Assembly (NCBI GenBank): GCA_002633005.1 | Contig: NMRA01000246.1 | Coordinates: 78,793-142,792, forward strand | Source of the DNA: Phoronis australis | Lineage: Eukaryota; Animalia; Phoronida | Reading direction: 5' to 3' | DNA: 64,000 nucleotides | Part shown: positions 26,551 to 41,006 of the stretch, piece after piece | Position numbering within the stretch: the stretch's first letter is position 1 | Layout of the letters: each line of letters begins with the position of its first letter | Made by a program: the position numbers and the translations under genes | The notes under the pieces: generated by a model | Seen by the model: only the letters and a program-made list of their open reading frames with translations | Database searches by the model: none | What the model was told of the DNA's origin: nothing

Positions 26551-29475
26551 GTAAATTTTGAACTTCTGCATGGATCACTGATATTTGTTATTACTATTGT
26601 CAGTCTCTGTGTATGTACAATGTTTCGCCTTATTTAAACCATCGAAAGGCTTGTGAAAAGCCTTTGTCACTGACTTTTTACAGACAGCAAAGTGCTGCTC
26701 ACTAGTTTAGTTGCTTGAAACGCTATGAAAATGAAGTGATTTCTACATATTGTGTATCTATATGGGTGGTGCTGCTTTGAATGGTCACTAGTTCACTTGC
26801 ACAATCCTTTGTGTATCTTGTACTATCTGTAATAGGTCAGTTACACTGTTGATTTTTCGAAATAGGCATGTCCCTGACATCTTGCCTGTTTCCAGACTCA
26901 AAAATTTGTTTAAAATTCTCAGCTGTGGTCATTTGTCTTCTCCATGAGACAAAGAGCAGCTAATCACCAGTGGGTACCTTGCAAAACATAATGGACAGAG
27001 GGACCATGTATTATATAATAGATAGTACTTGTAAATGGCAAGTTGTGGACACATGTTAAACACAGTCAAGGGTGAAGGTGGACCACACATTCCTTTGGTC
27101 CATCTGTCATGCTACCTAACTTCCAAGGGCCTTGCAATATCTGCAGACTGGCTGAGACATTTAGACTGGTGTCTAGATCTTTGGTGTGTTGGTGGGTAGG
27201 TGGGTGAGTTGTTAATTTACCTTGGGATGCAATAGTCACTTAAAGGGATCCCTGGATTTCAAGAACCAATTTGATACACATTATCCAGTGGAGGAAGCTG
27301 GTAGTGAAAATGCACCACCCCTTCTAGTGACTATTACCTTTTGAAGAGCTGGCAGACTACCATGCCATGAGGCAGCATTTGTTTGGCATCTTCTACTGTG
27401 TAGTCTACCATAGAACAGAGCCAAAGTATATACATGGTGCAAGACAAATGTTGAGGATTAGTAGGTACAATTTTGAACATGGTGTGGCTGACAATGGAAT
27501 GTGATTTTTTCATTTATTCCTGAAGGATGAGTAGCACCAAATAAATATGGTATCATTTTTAAGATCTATGCTACAGCTACCATCAGTCAATAATTCTGAG
27601 AAATTGTGGACATGCAGAGCATTTTTAAAAGGCTTTGTAAATTGAAAAAAGAAAAACTTTGAGGAATATTTTGTCGGAAATTTGTGAGATTACTTCAGAG
27701 TTAGTATACTTGTAGTAGTTTATTTGTAGTGACTAAATTCCCATCAAACCTAGGAATTTGCAACAGACCCTTGAGTCTCAAAAGCTAGGCCGTTTTTCTT
27801 TGTCTTTGAGTTGCACGTTTAAACTTTCTTGAGATACACAAATTTTTGTTCACCCCCACACAAAATAGCTGAGATAGTGTTAAGCAAATTCTTTTCTATT
27901 TGCTTCAGTTTTGGACTTGCACTCTTCATGGGGACAAAAAGAGTCATGCTGCCAATAACATGGTGGCCTCTCTTGTTGATATTTCTTAAAAGTTTGAAGT
28001 GACAGATCTGTCATAGTATACACAATATGAAAATCTGATCACTATTTTTTGTGTTTTGCACTGTTAGAAGCTGATAGTGTTGTTTGTTTTCTGGTTCCTC
28101 CCTAGGTGGCGCATCATGCCAGTGGGTATTCATTACTGTGTTTCTGTGTTGATGAATGGCCATGCCCAAGATTGGCACTCTTAGTGTATTGATGGGATGT
28201 TATGACCATTGTTGACCTCCTTACCTGCGCAATTAGCCAAAAATATTGCCTGAGGGTGGATGATTTCTCTGGGCAACACTGAGAAGCTACACTTTTAATT
28301 TCAATCGAATTACTTTCAGTTTTTCAAGTGTTCAATCAAAATTTTGTGTGTAATTACAAAAACTTATGTTCTCTATACAGCAATTTCGATGTACTTCCCA
28401 CGGGAGGTGTTTTTGTGTGGGCAGTTATCCAAAACAGCCACCAGAAATGCCCTGTCTGTTAAAACCAAGCTAACCCTCAGGTTAGATAGACATTCTGTTA
28501 TACAAAGTCTAGTCAGAGCCTTGTCACCTTACAATTTAGACCACACATTGGTGTATTAGAAGATTAGTTTGTTCCATTGGACAAATTTCCCACTGGCCTT
28601 GATGGAAATTCCAGTTAGTTGGTTGCAGGCCTTGATGTTTTCTTGTAACTTGACTGTTGGTATGGTGGGGTTGCACAAACATTCAAACATGCACCCCTGA
28701 GAAAGGTGTTAAGGTCAGAGCTAATGACTTTTGATCATGCAGCCGGCTGTTTTCATAGCAGGTGAAATATTTGCCAGTTCTGCTCAGTTTTCATACTCCT
28801 GATTGACCAATTAGCTGTTGGCATGGTTTTGTTGGCATTCCTGAAATTTGGAGAAATAGGATGCTCTGGAGACTTAAGTTTAGATGGCAATCCCTAGAAA
28901 TGAGACAAAAACCAAAATTTTTATCGCTTGCAGTTATGAAGTTGTTCTTGAATGCTTGAGCCAACTTACATTATTTCATCTTATAGCTATTATCTATACT
29001 TCGGATGTTACAAACCATTCCAACGAATTGAAGTTATGGTATAAAAATTCAGTTGGCTAAGCAGAAGTTGCACAATCTAAAAATAGCAAGTACGTGTTAG
29101 ATTCATTGCGTGTCGGGTTTGAGAACTTTTTACAATACACTGAAAGTTCATTAGCTCTAGGGTCTATGAGAAGAAAATGATATTTTAAGTTCACACGTAT
29201 GCTTACCATAATTTAATTAGGAGACCTATGTATTTGTGCAGTTTGGGTAGCTTGTTTTATTTTTTCGGTTGCTTGCATAATGTTGAATCTGTCTTCTTAA
29301 TCAGGACAATACTTGTCAGGGACTGCAGCTATCTATTTTTCACCAGAATTTATTGGTATTTGAATTTCATATCAAAGCTAATGTTACACTTGGCTCAGGT
29401 GTATCCTGACCTCTGCTACTGAGGTCGTTTTACGCATGACCTGATGTCACCATTGTCCACCTTTCCACTTGACAG

Positions 29476-29584
29476 ATTGCTCCTTCAAGCGGGGGTCGAC
29501 ATCAACAGAACAACGCTGCAAGGGACAGCCCTTCACGAAGCAGCTCTGTGTGGAAAATTAGAAGTTGTACGTCTCTTGATTGAC
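29476..29584 (+). CDS. CASKIN: Caskin-like exon 7 (109 nt): (R)[36 protein letters not shown]
   Basis: ctttccacttgacag acceptor and GAC|gtaagt donor. [19 protein letters not shown] motif. Confidence 0.96.
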
Positions 29585-32500
29585 GTAAGTAGCCAAAGGG
29601 TTGAAGAGTGAGTTTTTAGCGATGAAACGTTTATGTGATGTTATTTATTTGGTGTGATCTGTTTCTATTATTGTGTGCTTGTGGTTTGGAAAGCAGGTGT
29701 GCATTACAATGCTTCAAACCATGAAAAAGCGTGGTGATAAAATGCACCGGTTTTGTATATTTTACGATGTTAGGATCTCCAGCTTACTTCAGCCAAAATT
29801 TGGGCTGTGCTAAATGGAAGTAAAATGATCCAAAAGGAATATAGTGTAAAGTACTTTTCCTGCACTTTCCACGGTGGGTATCTGATAGAATTCTCTTGAT
29901 CTTCAATCAACCACTTATTAAGTAAAAATATCTTGTTTGAAGGGCTTCTTTGTGGCTGTGGGAAACGGATTTTGCCCAGTCACAGTAGTTTTTGGCTTTC
30001 ATTTAGTGACTAGTGCCCCTCGGGGACAGTACTTGATTTATTTAACAAGGTGACTGCTGTGCTAGTTTTGAAGTTCTTTTCCTGGTTGCATTACGCCCCT
30101 ACAGTTCTTGGGGCGTCAGTTTTTACAAGACAGCTGTTTTCAGTTGACACCAACAGACGACCAATTGTGATCACTGACACCGCCTAGTTAAATCAAACTT
30201 TTTCACACTGTGTTAATGACTGCTCAGTGGGAACAAAACTACAAATCAAATTCTGATAGATCAAGTTTTTTGTGTCTGTGTTTTGTGGTGAAGTTACAAA
30301 TTGGTTCGAGGGCATTTCGGTGTTTGACCTAGTGTGGTGGGATAAAGGTAACTCACCTCTATGGTAGTTCATCTTCTTCTACTTCTTCCACGCGTGCCTG
30401 GTCTCAGAACGTGACATGTTTCTTTTTTTATTTATAAATTCTTTGTTTAGACTAGATAGCCCTGTCTTCAGAGACCATTGTTGCTTCCATGGCCTGGTTA
30501 AAACATGTACAATAACACAAAAAATAAGCAGACAAAACATTTTTAGAGCATTAGATAAAACTGTAACAAAACTTAAGGTGAAGACAAAGAGACAAAACTT
30601 TGCTGTACAATTCTGTAATTGGATTCTTCAGTCTGATCAGAAATAATAGAAATAATGAGTTTCAAAGTTAGTGTTAGTGTACCCATAATCAACACTTTTT
30701 AACCTTATTTTGTGCGTTCATGTAAATGCCGTAACATTTCTGCAAATGCTTAGACACAGTATAACTCACTTGTTTCACGAAAGAGTATACCCAAGTTCAG
30801 CACCCTGTAATTCAGTGTTTCTGAAAGCATGTCTCTAGTAGTTGTTTTGATTTCCTGACAAGTAGTAACTTAATTAAATTAAATTTGATAATTTTCAATA
30901 CCATTTACACAGATTTCTGCTTCAAATCTGTAAATTTATAAAAGTGCAAACTTCCAAATTGTCTCTGCTTCCTGCGCTACGTCAACTTATACCCGAGTTC
31001 GTAAAAGCAGTGGAGGCTGTTTGTGTCTGAGATTTGAACGTAGTTCAATGTTCAATACTTGTTTTTTTACTCAAAATCATAATGGTGTTGATCATGGATA
31101 CACTGCTGCTGTATAACCACTATGGTTGTGTATGGCACTGATATGTACGTAGTTTCCATGAATATGATATAGATAATATAGATTACTCATGGTTAGAATG
31201 CTGTCTTAAAATATTTGTCACCATGCAGGTTATTTTTATGAATAGAAGTGGACACAAAAAAGTTTTGGTGCTCCATAATTTATACATATCTGTGCACAGC
31301 CTGCGTCACTTGGGTTGCATTTTGTAAATGCAAGAGGTTCTAGAAAAGTTAAGTTATCACATGCTTGTTTGTAACGTATGGTGCTATCTCCCAAAGACTT
31401 GCATGATCTTGTGAAACACAGCCCTGACTGGTATTACCCAGTCAACACATCAGTAGGCATATGTGAGGATATTGACGTTGATGTAATTTCTTCCAACCTG
31501 ATGTGCTGTACATTTGGACTCAATGGAACTACTGTTAAATTATCCTCTCTCAGGACCACCACAGATATAGAGCTACAAGCTGAGCTGTCCACCTCAAGTG
31601 ACCAATAGCTGCTCAAGCTGATAGCTCACCTAAAGGGGTACTAGTCACTAGTTCATTCAGTTGTTCTCACTTTGACATTGGCTGTCAACTATCGCTCACT
31701 TGCAGTAGACAGCTTAGCTGGTTGCTCTCCCTCTGCATTGGCCCTTAAAACAAGTCACGCCACCCTGTCGTGAAGCTTTTGAAGCCTCCCAAGTATACAA
31801 CCGTTTGCATTACAAGTATGGTGGATTTTTTGTCACACATCCTTGGTGGCATACCTGGCTGTTACTATAGTGTGGGATTATGTCTGGGATGAGTTAGACC
31901 TCATGCTTGTCTTCCACATCCGAGGTTTATGCACTTTGCTGGTCAAAAACCAACATGTGGTGTCGTTACCCACACACCTTCACAGCAATATTATGTGGTG
32001 AATAGTAGAGTCTCATTTGTCCTCACACTGTTTTTGATGTTATAACTCTACCAGCGCTAACCTGTACACGAATAAGTAAAAGCTGTGATAAATAGAAAAA
32101 TCAGGAACATTTATTTAGATTTTGTTTTCAGACAGATATGCTCTTCTGAGTAGTATGTTGTGCTATAGGTCTTGCAATGTTAACTAGCCTTGAGGTTTTC
32201 ATCAGGAAATAAGTTTCTGAACACTGCTGCCACACAAATGTAGAAATTGTTTATTTGGACATATCGCATCACACGTGCGACTCGAGAAATAACTGCGCTA
32301 GTTCGCAACAAAGCAGAGGCCAGGCGCAACAGAGCAAGTAGCTGAACAAATGTAGCCTCACCAATGATGTTATTTTTTATAAAACTGGCAAGCCCAGAAC
32401 AGTGCTTGGTAGCCAGTCTTCATAGTTGCACCAATCAAGGTGAATACATTTATCTGTGTTCCCCCCTACTGCTGCATAGGATATGTGTATTGTAGAAAGT

Positions 32501-35500
32501 GACAATGAATCGTAACAAACAGATGGTCTATGTGTTTTTTATTTGAAAAAAGTGCTGGCATCTGCTGTTGAGTGTTTTTGAAATGCAAATAAGGCGTCAT
32601 TGATGTTCTGTTTTGTGTGAGAGCACGTTTATTGTCAGGCTTTGTTTGATAAACCAGGACAAAGAAATTGAGAGAGTTTCTGGTGGCCTGCTCTTACCTT
32701 TGACTTGTCTTTCAGTTTTAAATTGTCTTAAAGATGTGTCATTGAAACTTGAGGATTTATTTTTCTGGAGGCCATTTTAAAAAGATCTGAATTTTAAATT
32801 ATTTAAATAGATACGCATAGCACTTCTGTTCATTTACCAAACCAAGGTTTAGGCCATTGGTTATGTGTTGGTGGTGAAACAAAATACATACAACCATTTC
32901 GTAAGTACTCCATTTTCTGAATATTCTAATTTTCAAATAGTAGTTTTAATTAAATTTTCCAGTTATTTTTAATGACTACTCGACATGGTACTGTCATTTG
33001 CTTTTCAATGTTGACCCATTTGTGAATCATAGTGTAAGCCAATCAATCGTTATATATCAGTTTTTACTGGCTTTGTGTTGCGTGCCTGTCGCTAACAACA
33101 AAGGCTGTGAGACCCATCTTATTTATTCTGTTGTTGTTGAAGCCAATGTCCCTGAAACTGCCACCTGGTGGGTCAACTGAGTACTACTATGTTAGGTGTT
33201 TACTCTGTAATTAAACACCTGTGACTGAATCCTTATAGCACAAAGGTATGTCAACACAGGCAGGTATGTTTAGTGGTAGTTGTGGCAGAGTGACAATGTT
33301 CATATATTATATACAAAATACCTCAACTAGGTAAGATAATGCTCCAGTTGAAGGTGGCTGGTTATGTATTTGGGGGTCTATGGAACTGTGTCAAGTAGGT
33401 AAGTTTGGATGACAGTGTTATGATGCCCAACGCTTGAGAAGGGTTCTCCTTTTTAAGAAACCACTTTACGAAATGGTAGAATTTTTGTTTATCAAAATGT
33501 CAAAGAAAAGAAAACTGAGGTTTTGTGTGGACATTTGTACACTCAATTTCCAGAGCCCAGCTGCCTTTGAGCAATTGCTTGTAAAATTTTGAACATTTGA
33601 AGCAATGGGGTATTAGTGTTTGAAGAAAAAGATAATGTTTCCGGATTCGATAACATGCACAGTGGAAATGATTGGTAAAGTGTGTGTGTGTGTATCTGTG
33701 GTAATGTGGTACAGCAGTGAGACAAGTACAGTTCAGTTGTCTTGTAACAAGGGTATTTTTAAGAAATATTGACAAATAGGACTGTTGAGCTCCTACCTGT
33801 CTATCTCAGATTATTACCATTGCATTTCTATCATTGTTGGAGGAAGGTTTATTTATGAAGCTGATGTGGATGTTGTGAGTGTCAGTCATGTGAGACCTCC
33901 ATATTGAGTATGCATATTGTAGAGGTGCTGGTGGTTACCGTAGTGATTATGTGTTTTGTGAGACAGAAAAAGAGGTGGGCTGAACCAGATTGGGTTAGGT
34001 TTCCTCTGGGTTCTCATCAGATGTCCCATAACCCTCATGCGAGTTTCTGCATATTCCCAAACGTGGTTTTTGGAATACTTTAACACAATTCTTTTGTGTT
34101 TTGGATCTTGAACACATTGTATGGTAAAATGTCACTAATTTAGGATACAATATGGCCAACAAGTGAGATTTCTTTCTTTTTTCATTTTTTCATAGATGAC
34201 AAGCAACGCCAAATAATGCCAATATCATTTTGAAAACTCCACACCGTAGCTGCCTTTTGACAATTATTCTGTGAAACTGTGGCTATCCACAACAATGTTT
34301 AAACCTCTGGAAAAAGACCCAACTTGGAATTTAGTTTTTACGAAATTGATGAGATTTGTCTTGTAATAATATATTTGAAGTCTGGCATACTTGACAATTA
34401 CAGTTTCTTTTTGACTTGTGAAATGAGAGCCTTTAAACAAGTTCTGGTTCATATGTTTTGCTGTCATGCAGTAACTTGCTAAACATGTTTCTCTCTAATT
34501 CCTTGTTGCAAAAACTCATGGTGGAACAGGTGTGGTAAAGTTGATAGCTTTACCAAATGTGGTCTGTTCTATTAGTGACATTTTGGATTTGATGCCTTGG
34601 TGTTGCAGTGTTTTCACTATACTATCCCCAGGCCCTTTGTGTAGGTGGGCCTTATAACTGTTGTGACATGTTGATTTTACAAGACAGATGAGGAAAACAT
34701 CTGCACTGTGTTTGGGCCACCTGAAACCTAAGAGCTCACTGCAAGAGTCCCGAAGTCAAAATTAGGGATGTGAACAGACAAATTGTGAGGAATTGTGCTG
34801 CTTTCTCATTAATGAACGTCCTGTGTTTCGGAACTCCAATTCCATCTGTCCTCACCTTTCCCACTGACCACTTTCTGGTGGTGATATCTGAGTTACTGCT
34901 AGTTCTGAGGATTAAACGCCAGATGTCATTGCTGATTCACATTCTGAATTGAATGCAATTACTGCCTTTGGAATTAAATTAGTTGTGATTCCGTTTATCA
35001 GTCTTTTCCCCCAAACTGAAGGTTTTTTACTGTAGTAAAACTTGCAGTGGTCAGTTTATATTTTTGTAGTACTTAAAGACGTGATTGACAGTCTGGAAAG
35101 TGGCTGCAACTGACAAGTCCCTTAGTGTCAATATGAAGTAACATCACCTACCAACCAGAGGGAGGAGTGTGATCACATGATGTAAACACATGACTGGCAA
35201 AATTTTTCCTTAGACATATTTCTTGATAAGACAAATTTGAGCATACCTTAGATAAATTTCCAGGCAATAACAGATGTCAGTGGGCAATGTGCACAAAAGG
35301 CAGCACATATCCTGGTCATATAACTGGGGTAGTACAGTTCAATTCTTTTCCAAAATTGGCTAAACCAAAGAAATATTAGGAAAACTGTCTCCATTGGATT
35401 CGGTCATGTTGGAGACTTCACTACCATTTTTAAGCGCGAACATTGTCAATGGAAACTACCAGCTGTATGCTTGCGCAAAAGAAAGCAAGCTCTTTACTAC

Positions 35501-36114
35501 AGATGTGATTTGTTTATAAATTCCCCTTAAAACATCTCCCAAGTTGTAGAGCCTGGGAAAATAGACTATACTTCTAGGGAGTTCTTCCTGTCAGGTGACC
35601 TTGCTGGTGACTGTATGGTAATTTCACCCCTCTCCGTTCCCACTAATCAGAACACCCAAACGTGGCCCAGAATTAGATGGCCATTTTGGATGCTTGATTT
35701 TCACCAACTGTTCGCTAATGTCCAATTCACAGTAAAAGCGTAAAACCAACCAATGAAAAGTTCTTTGATGTTAAAGGAATACTTTTTTATAGGAAGCAAT
35801 TTTATTATGAATTAGTTTTCAAGTGTGCATTTAGCTTTTTTCACGAAAATCATATACTTTTGTCCGCGTTTTCCGCGTCTTTTGCCTTGTAACTAAACAA
35901 GTCCTTACTCTTTGGCTCTGAAATACATCTTTACTCAAAAAGGCTTTAACGCAAATATAAAAGTTCAACAGAGTTGACTTAAGATTCGCTGGCTAGTCGT
36001 CATCCGGCTATCTGTCCTTGAATTCGCAATGATGACTCTGAGCAAAAATTGCCAAAATCGTCCCGCAATTTGCTTAGACACACTTGATTACTTTGAGCCA
36101 TTGTCTTTATTTGT

Positions 36115-36558
36115 CTAAAGTGGTATTCACACCAGAGACAGCTGTCATGGAGCAACTACCAGGGAACAGATGATCAGGAGCAAGTATGTGTGTAAACACG
36201 ACTGACAGGGAGCAAGTTGACAATGATGCGGCCATTTTTGGCTCCCATTTTGACACCGGTGTGAGAGGCAAAGCGAGTTGCACTCGATCAGTTGCTCCAG
36301 TGTCAACTACATGTCTAAATACAACTGGGGCAGGACGGAAAGGGATCATCTTTCAATGTGCTTTCCTAATAGGATATATACGAGCGATCCATCGGCATTC
36401 CACATGATTTGGACATTCGCTATTGTTTTTGCGAGCATACTTAGACAGTGTTCGTGTAAGTGCTGATCCAGTTTGCGATCTAATGTGGTGTTAATGCTAC
36501 TTAAGTGGAGCAAGTTGCACAGTGACAACTCCCACCGTTCCTGGTGTACAAACAGTTT
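36115..36558. mobile_element. Diverged inverted copy of the 8250-8676 MITE family
   Basis: atgtctaaatacaactggggcaggacggaaagggatcatct (~36310) is close to the reverse complement of agatgatcctttccgccttgccccagttttgcatttagacac (~8458). Confidence 0.6.
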
Positions 36559-37634
36559 AAGGCTGCATCACACAATGTGATCCAGTGACCAGAATGATAG
36601 ACAATTTAGGAACTGATCTATTATAGCCAGACGTTAATTATCTAATTGCCTGCATCAACTTCACTGTTTTTTGTTTGCTTGTCAATGTCAGTGCTGCTTC
36701 AAATCACGTGCTTGGCTTTTTATGGTCAGTTGCACCTTAAAATTCATCACATTTTTGTATCTAGTTGTAATGAGTATTCACCATGGTGATTTGAAGTGTC
36801 AATCAAATCCTCATTGAAAACTAAAATTAGACCTTTTCTAAGCTAACATCCATTGCGATGTGTTTCTAAGGTTGTGATTCAGGCAACTGTGGCCAAAGTG
36901 TACGTTACTTTGGTGCAAACAGGATTTTCTTCACCTATGGTCAACTAACTAATATGCTAGGTTTTGTGGAAGGGAAACAAGTGTGTTATGTTACTATTTT
37001 GGATACACCTGCAGCCATTCAATGTTCAAGTTCACTGAAAACAAGCGAAATTCCTTTATGTTTTGTTACACGAAACTAATAAAAAAGTCGTTTTTCAGTA
37101 ATCAAGTTAACTGCCGTAGTATCATTTGTGATTTACTTCAAAGACGAGGTCCAATATTTTTATTGTTACCTGATTATTAGTAGTAACTGTTTTCAGACTT
37201 CAGTGTTACGTTTTTGCCCCGTTTTTCCCTTGTATCAATGGAAGGGGCTGTGGCTGCGGGGTATTTGGCTGTGTACAATTTGCTTGTTGTCATAGAAACA
37301 TTGCTAGCAGATTTTGTAGCACATTTTTGGTTAATTGGTTGTAAAAAGCCGTTCCATGACCAGTGCTGCAGAGTTGACACGTTACTGCAGTTTAGTTGAC
37401 CGAGGACTGATTTTAAATAATCCCAAGTCAACTAAGAGAGTTGGAGTTACTGTTCCAAGGCAAGACTGGGGTTGTGATGAGTATGTTGAGCTAATCTAAC
37501 CCTTTTAGGTAGAAAATATGGGAAGTTTTGATTGTTTTGCAAAGTTTCGGCAATTTTTGTTCAAAACTAGTCTTCATTTTACAGCTTTTTGTAATGACAT
37601 CGCCGGCGAGAGAATTGATTCTCTGATGTCAGTT

Positions 37635-37690
37635 GGACTGCGGATTTGAATCGGGAACCTTCGCATTTGCAGCCAAATGCTGTGCTAAAT
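37635..37690 (-). other. Degenerate tRNA-Cys-like fragment
   Basis: Minus strand reads GCATTTGGCTGCAAATGCGAAGGTTCCCGATTCAAATCCG, resembling the anticodon (GCA) and T arms of eukaryotic tRNA-Cys. The 5' half is eroded. Confidence 0.45.
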
Positions 37691-40600
37691 ATAAATAGCA
37701 CTTGATAAATGATGGAGTAGTTTAAGTCTATTTAAGTGGTGAAGTCACTGGTCTTGATATCAGCAAATAACTGGTAGACATTGGTGGACGATTTGTAATA
37801 AATCGCAATAGCACAACTGATTTTGCTATTTTACAGTTCAGGTCAAAGCTAACAGCTTCCTATCCCACAATAATCACAAAATGCACTTTTGGTTGTAAAA
37901 AATAATAATGTCCTTATACATGATTAACATTTGACCAAGAACTCTTTAGTGTAACGAGAAGACAGGTGAATGTTGTGCTTGAACACATCTCAAATTCAGT
38001 TGGCCTGAGAGGGCTTTGGCACGGGTCATTAAGACGTCTCACACTGCTACAGCTACAATTCCTCAATTTCTGTGACTGCAAGGAATTTGTGAAAAGCACT
38101 GCGCCGTAATATCCCATTGTTTTACATTGTCCATTCACGTCACATGTGAATTTGATGTGGCACTGAATCTTTGTGCCTACTAAAACTGTCATGTAGCGCA
38201 GAAGCTACATATTTCAACTAGTGGTTGTTGCAGAAATACAAGAGAATTTTTTCAAAATCTGTTACACTGATGGTGTTGATGTTGCATGCAAAGAACATGT
38301 TGGAGCGATACACGCTCGGTTAAATCATTACCATGAACCCCAGGAGGCTATGTTCACAAGTGAAAATAAGCTTTAATGTCAGTTGAAACGAAATTACCCT
38401 ACCTCTCTCAGTATACCAGAGTTTTAGCATTTCACTATTTTACAAGAAAATTTTGTGGTTTGTGGTTCTAAGAGCTGTGGTTTCTGCTACCAACAGTTTT
38501 GTAAGGATTCAAGGTATTTCAGTGCTGGTTTCTGATTTCATGGGTACAGCATAAATATTCAATTTAATGATTGTCATGGTTTTTATTCGTATGTTTATGA
38601 TATGGTCTTGTAATTCATCTGGTCATACAGCTTTCTACCAACCACAGGTTTTCATCTTGTTGACAAATTGTCTTATGGAATGGTTGGGTTTCTTCTTAAG
38701 AACTAGAAGCAAAAGGATTGGGAATGCTTATGCCAGATATGGTAATCATGTCAACATTTTTTCTTATTGTACTAATTGATGCTTGATTGTAAGTTTTGCT
38801 GATTCAGTTTGCACAGAAATGTGGCTTGTTAATCAGTGCTCCCTGCGTGAAACATCTGTTAAATTCTGACAGGCCCATAGTAAACCTTGCAATCTTTTCA
38901 CGTCAAATCAGTCATGGATTAAATTCTTCACCTGGGTGTAACCCAACTTGGTAACTTCAACCAGTTTCAGGTGAGATGTCAACTTTGAAGGGATCAGGTG
39001 TCTGGCATTTTGCACGCATTACTTGAATAAAAGTTTGTCTATGAACTGCCTTCTGACTTTGTAATAAAGGTTTTTATCAATTCAGAAGAGCTCAGGTATT
39101 TGTCCAAAGTTTGTTGGACAGGTATTTTATGATTGGCTCACCTGTTGTAGTTTTCTCATCAGCTGTTAATAACTCATTATTTGTCTGGTGGTTAGCTTGT
39201 TGATCTTTTGTGACATGAGGTGAGGTCGGGTCAAAGGACGTTTTAGAATAATTATGATAGATTTGTCTTTTGTCATATTAATGCCAAGGGTTTGGACTCT
39301 GTGCCCAGAATAAATTGTTAGCCACAACATCTCAATGAACTTAAAAGTTCTTAGATCCTGTGTGCGAATACTAGATTAGTCAACATGATATTGTTCATCT
39401 ACGGTAGATTTGTAAGATTTAGTCACATGGTTGGAGTATGCCTCATTTAAGTGTTGAACTTTTCTTTTTGGAAACTGCAGGAATGCCTGTTTATATTTCC
39501 TCATTTGTGACCTTTTGTGGTGACAGGTCATGTGATGTCAACCATGGTGGTCATTTGATTGATGTGTCAATGAACCATGCAGTTGACAGTGGAGACACCT
39601 GGTTGTGGAACTTATGGGATAACTTTTGGAGACCTGTTAGATGATTTATTTGTGTTTTAGTTAAAATCCAAGTTTCTGTGGCAAAATTTTGTAATAAATT
39701 GTTGTAAGTTTTATTTTGTGGTTATTGGCAATGCAGCATGTAACCCCCTTTTAGTCAGTTTATTAATGTGTATAAATTGATTCAAACCACTTTGTGGCAT
39801 ATTTTCTGATGTCTGTGTGAGAAGATAAAATATTATGGGAACTGACTGGCTAACATTTATGATTCATACTCCGCATTGACATTATTGTGGCTGTCTATAT
39901 TAGTATACCCAACATAAGGAATGTCCCTTGGAAATGATCTGTTATATGAATGTGATGTGATGGTCAGTTTGTCAGGACATGAAGTCAGCTATGAAGACCA
40001 GAGCAGGGAAATTCCTATGAACCATGTCAAGTATTAGCAAACCAAAATTGGCTAGGGCTGGTGACATTACATACATAAAGACGACCACAACTGACCGTCT
40101 TTTCCCTGTTTTTATGGTTTGAAAAATAATAGTTTTATGATGGTCTAAAGTTACACCCGCTCAATTAACTGTCACAGTCATAAACCTAAGGAAGTATTCA
40201 GGATGTGTGGACAAGATATCAAATAAATTAGAATTAGTTTTTTATTGTAACCACAAATTGTAGTGTAAGTTATATGTAGCGTATGCTTTCTGACTATTTT
40301 ATGTTTTAAAGTGTATTGATGTCTACTGGGATCTCCCTTTGTCACCAGATTTTTTGTCCCAATTTGCTTACGAACTTTCACCTAGGGTTGGAGGAATTGA
40401 GGTCATAATTTATCCAGGACTGTTTTATTGTTTTCTTACTGTAAAACAGAGTCATCATTGTTTTACAATGTAGTGTTAATGTTATGGTATACATCAACTG
40501 CAGACAGCACTGGGCATTGGTTGAGTTTGGTCAGAAGTGCCCTTTAGAATTTAGTTATGTATCAGTTTTTCATTGCTATCTAAAAGGAAATGTCAACTTG

Positions 40601-40897
40601 TCCTGTGTGTTAAAAAGCAGTCAAGGTCATATTACTACAGTTTGGTTGTTTTTCAAGTATTAATGCAATATTCTCATGTAATTCTTCTTTAATCAGATTG
40701 CGCGATATGGAAAACTGCAAAAGTCGTTGTTTTAATCTGAGCAGTGGTTTTTTTATCAAAAACTGACAAGCCAAGTGTTTGCCATTTTTCATCAGCAACT
40801 ATATAGTAAACATGTCATATACTTGAACTCATGCTGTGTGTAAGTTATTTCAATTCCAATGAAGTAAGGTTAATCATTCCATTGGGTTTTTTTGCAG

Positions 40898-41006
40898 TGC
40901 GGAATCGATGTTAATCTGTCCAACTCTTATGACCAGACAGCACTGGACATAGTGAATAAGTTCACCACGTCAAGAGCTGCCAAAGAACTCAAGAAACTCC
41001 TTAAAG
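40898..41006 (+). CDS. CASKIN: Caskin-like exon 8 (109 nt): [36 protein letters not shown](E)
   Basis: gtttttttgcag acceptor and G|gtaagc donor. QTALDIVxxFTTS motif closing the ankyrin array. Confidence 0.95.

Noticed and set aside
38960-38976. tttcag|gtgaga (also tgtag|gtgaga at 11862-11872) as recursive splice sites
   Set aside because: The pyrimidine tracts are weak, and such motifs are expected by chance in this much intron.
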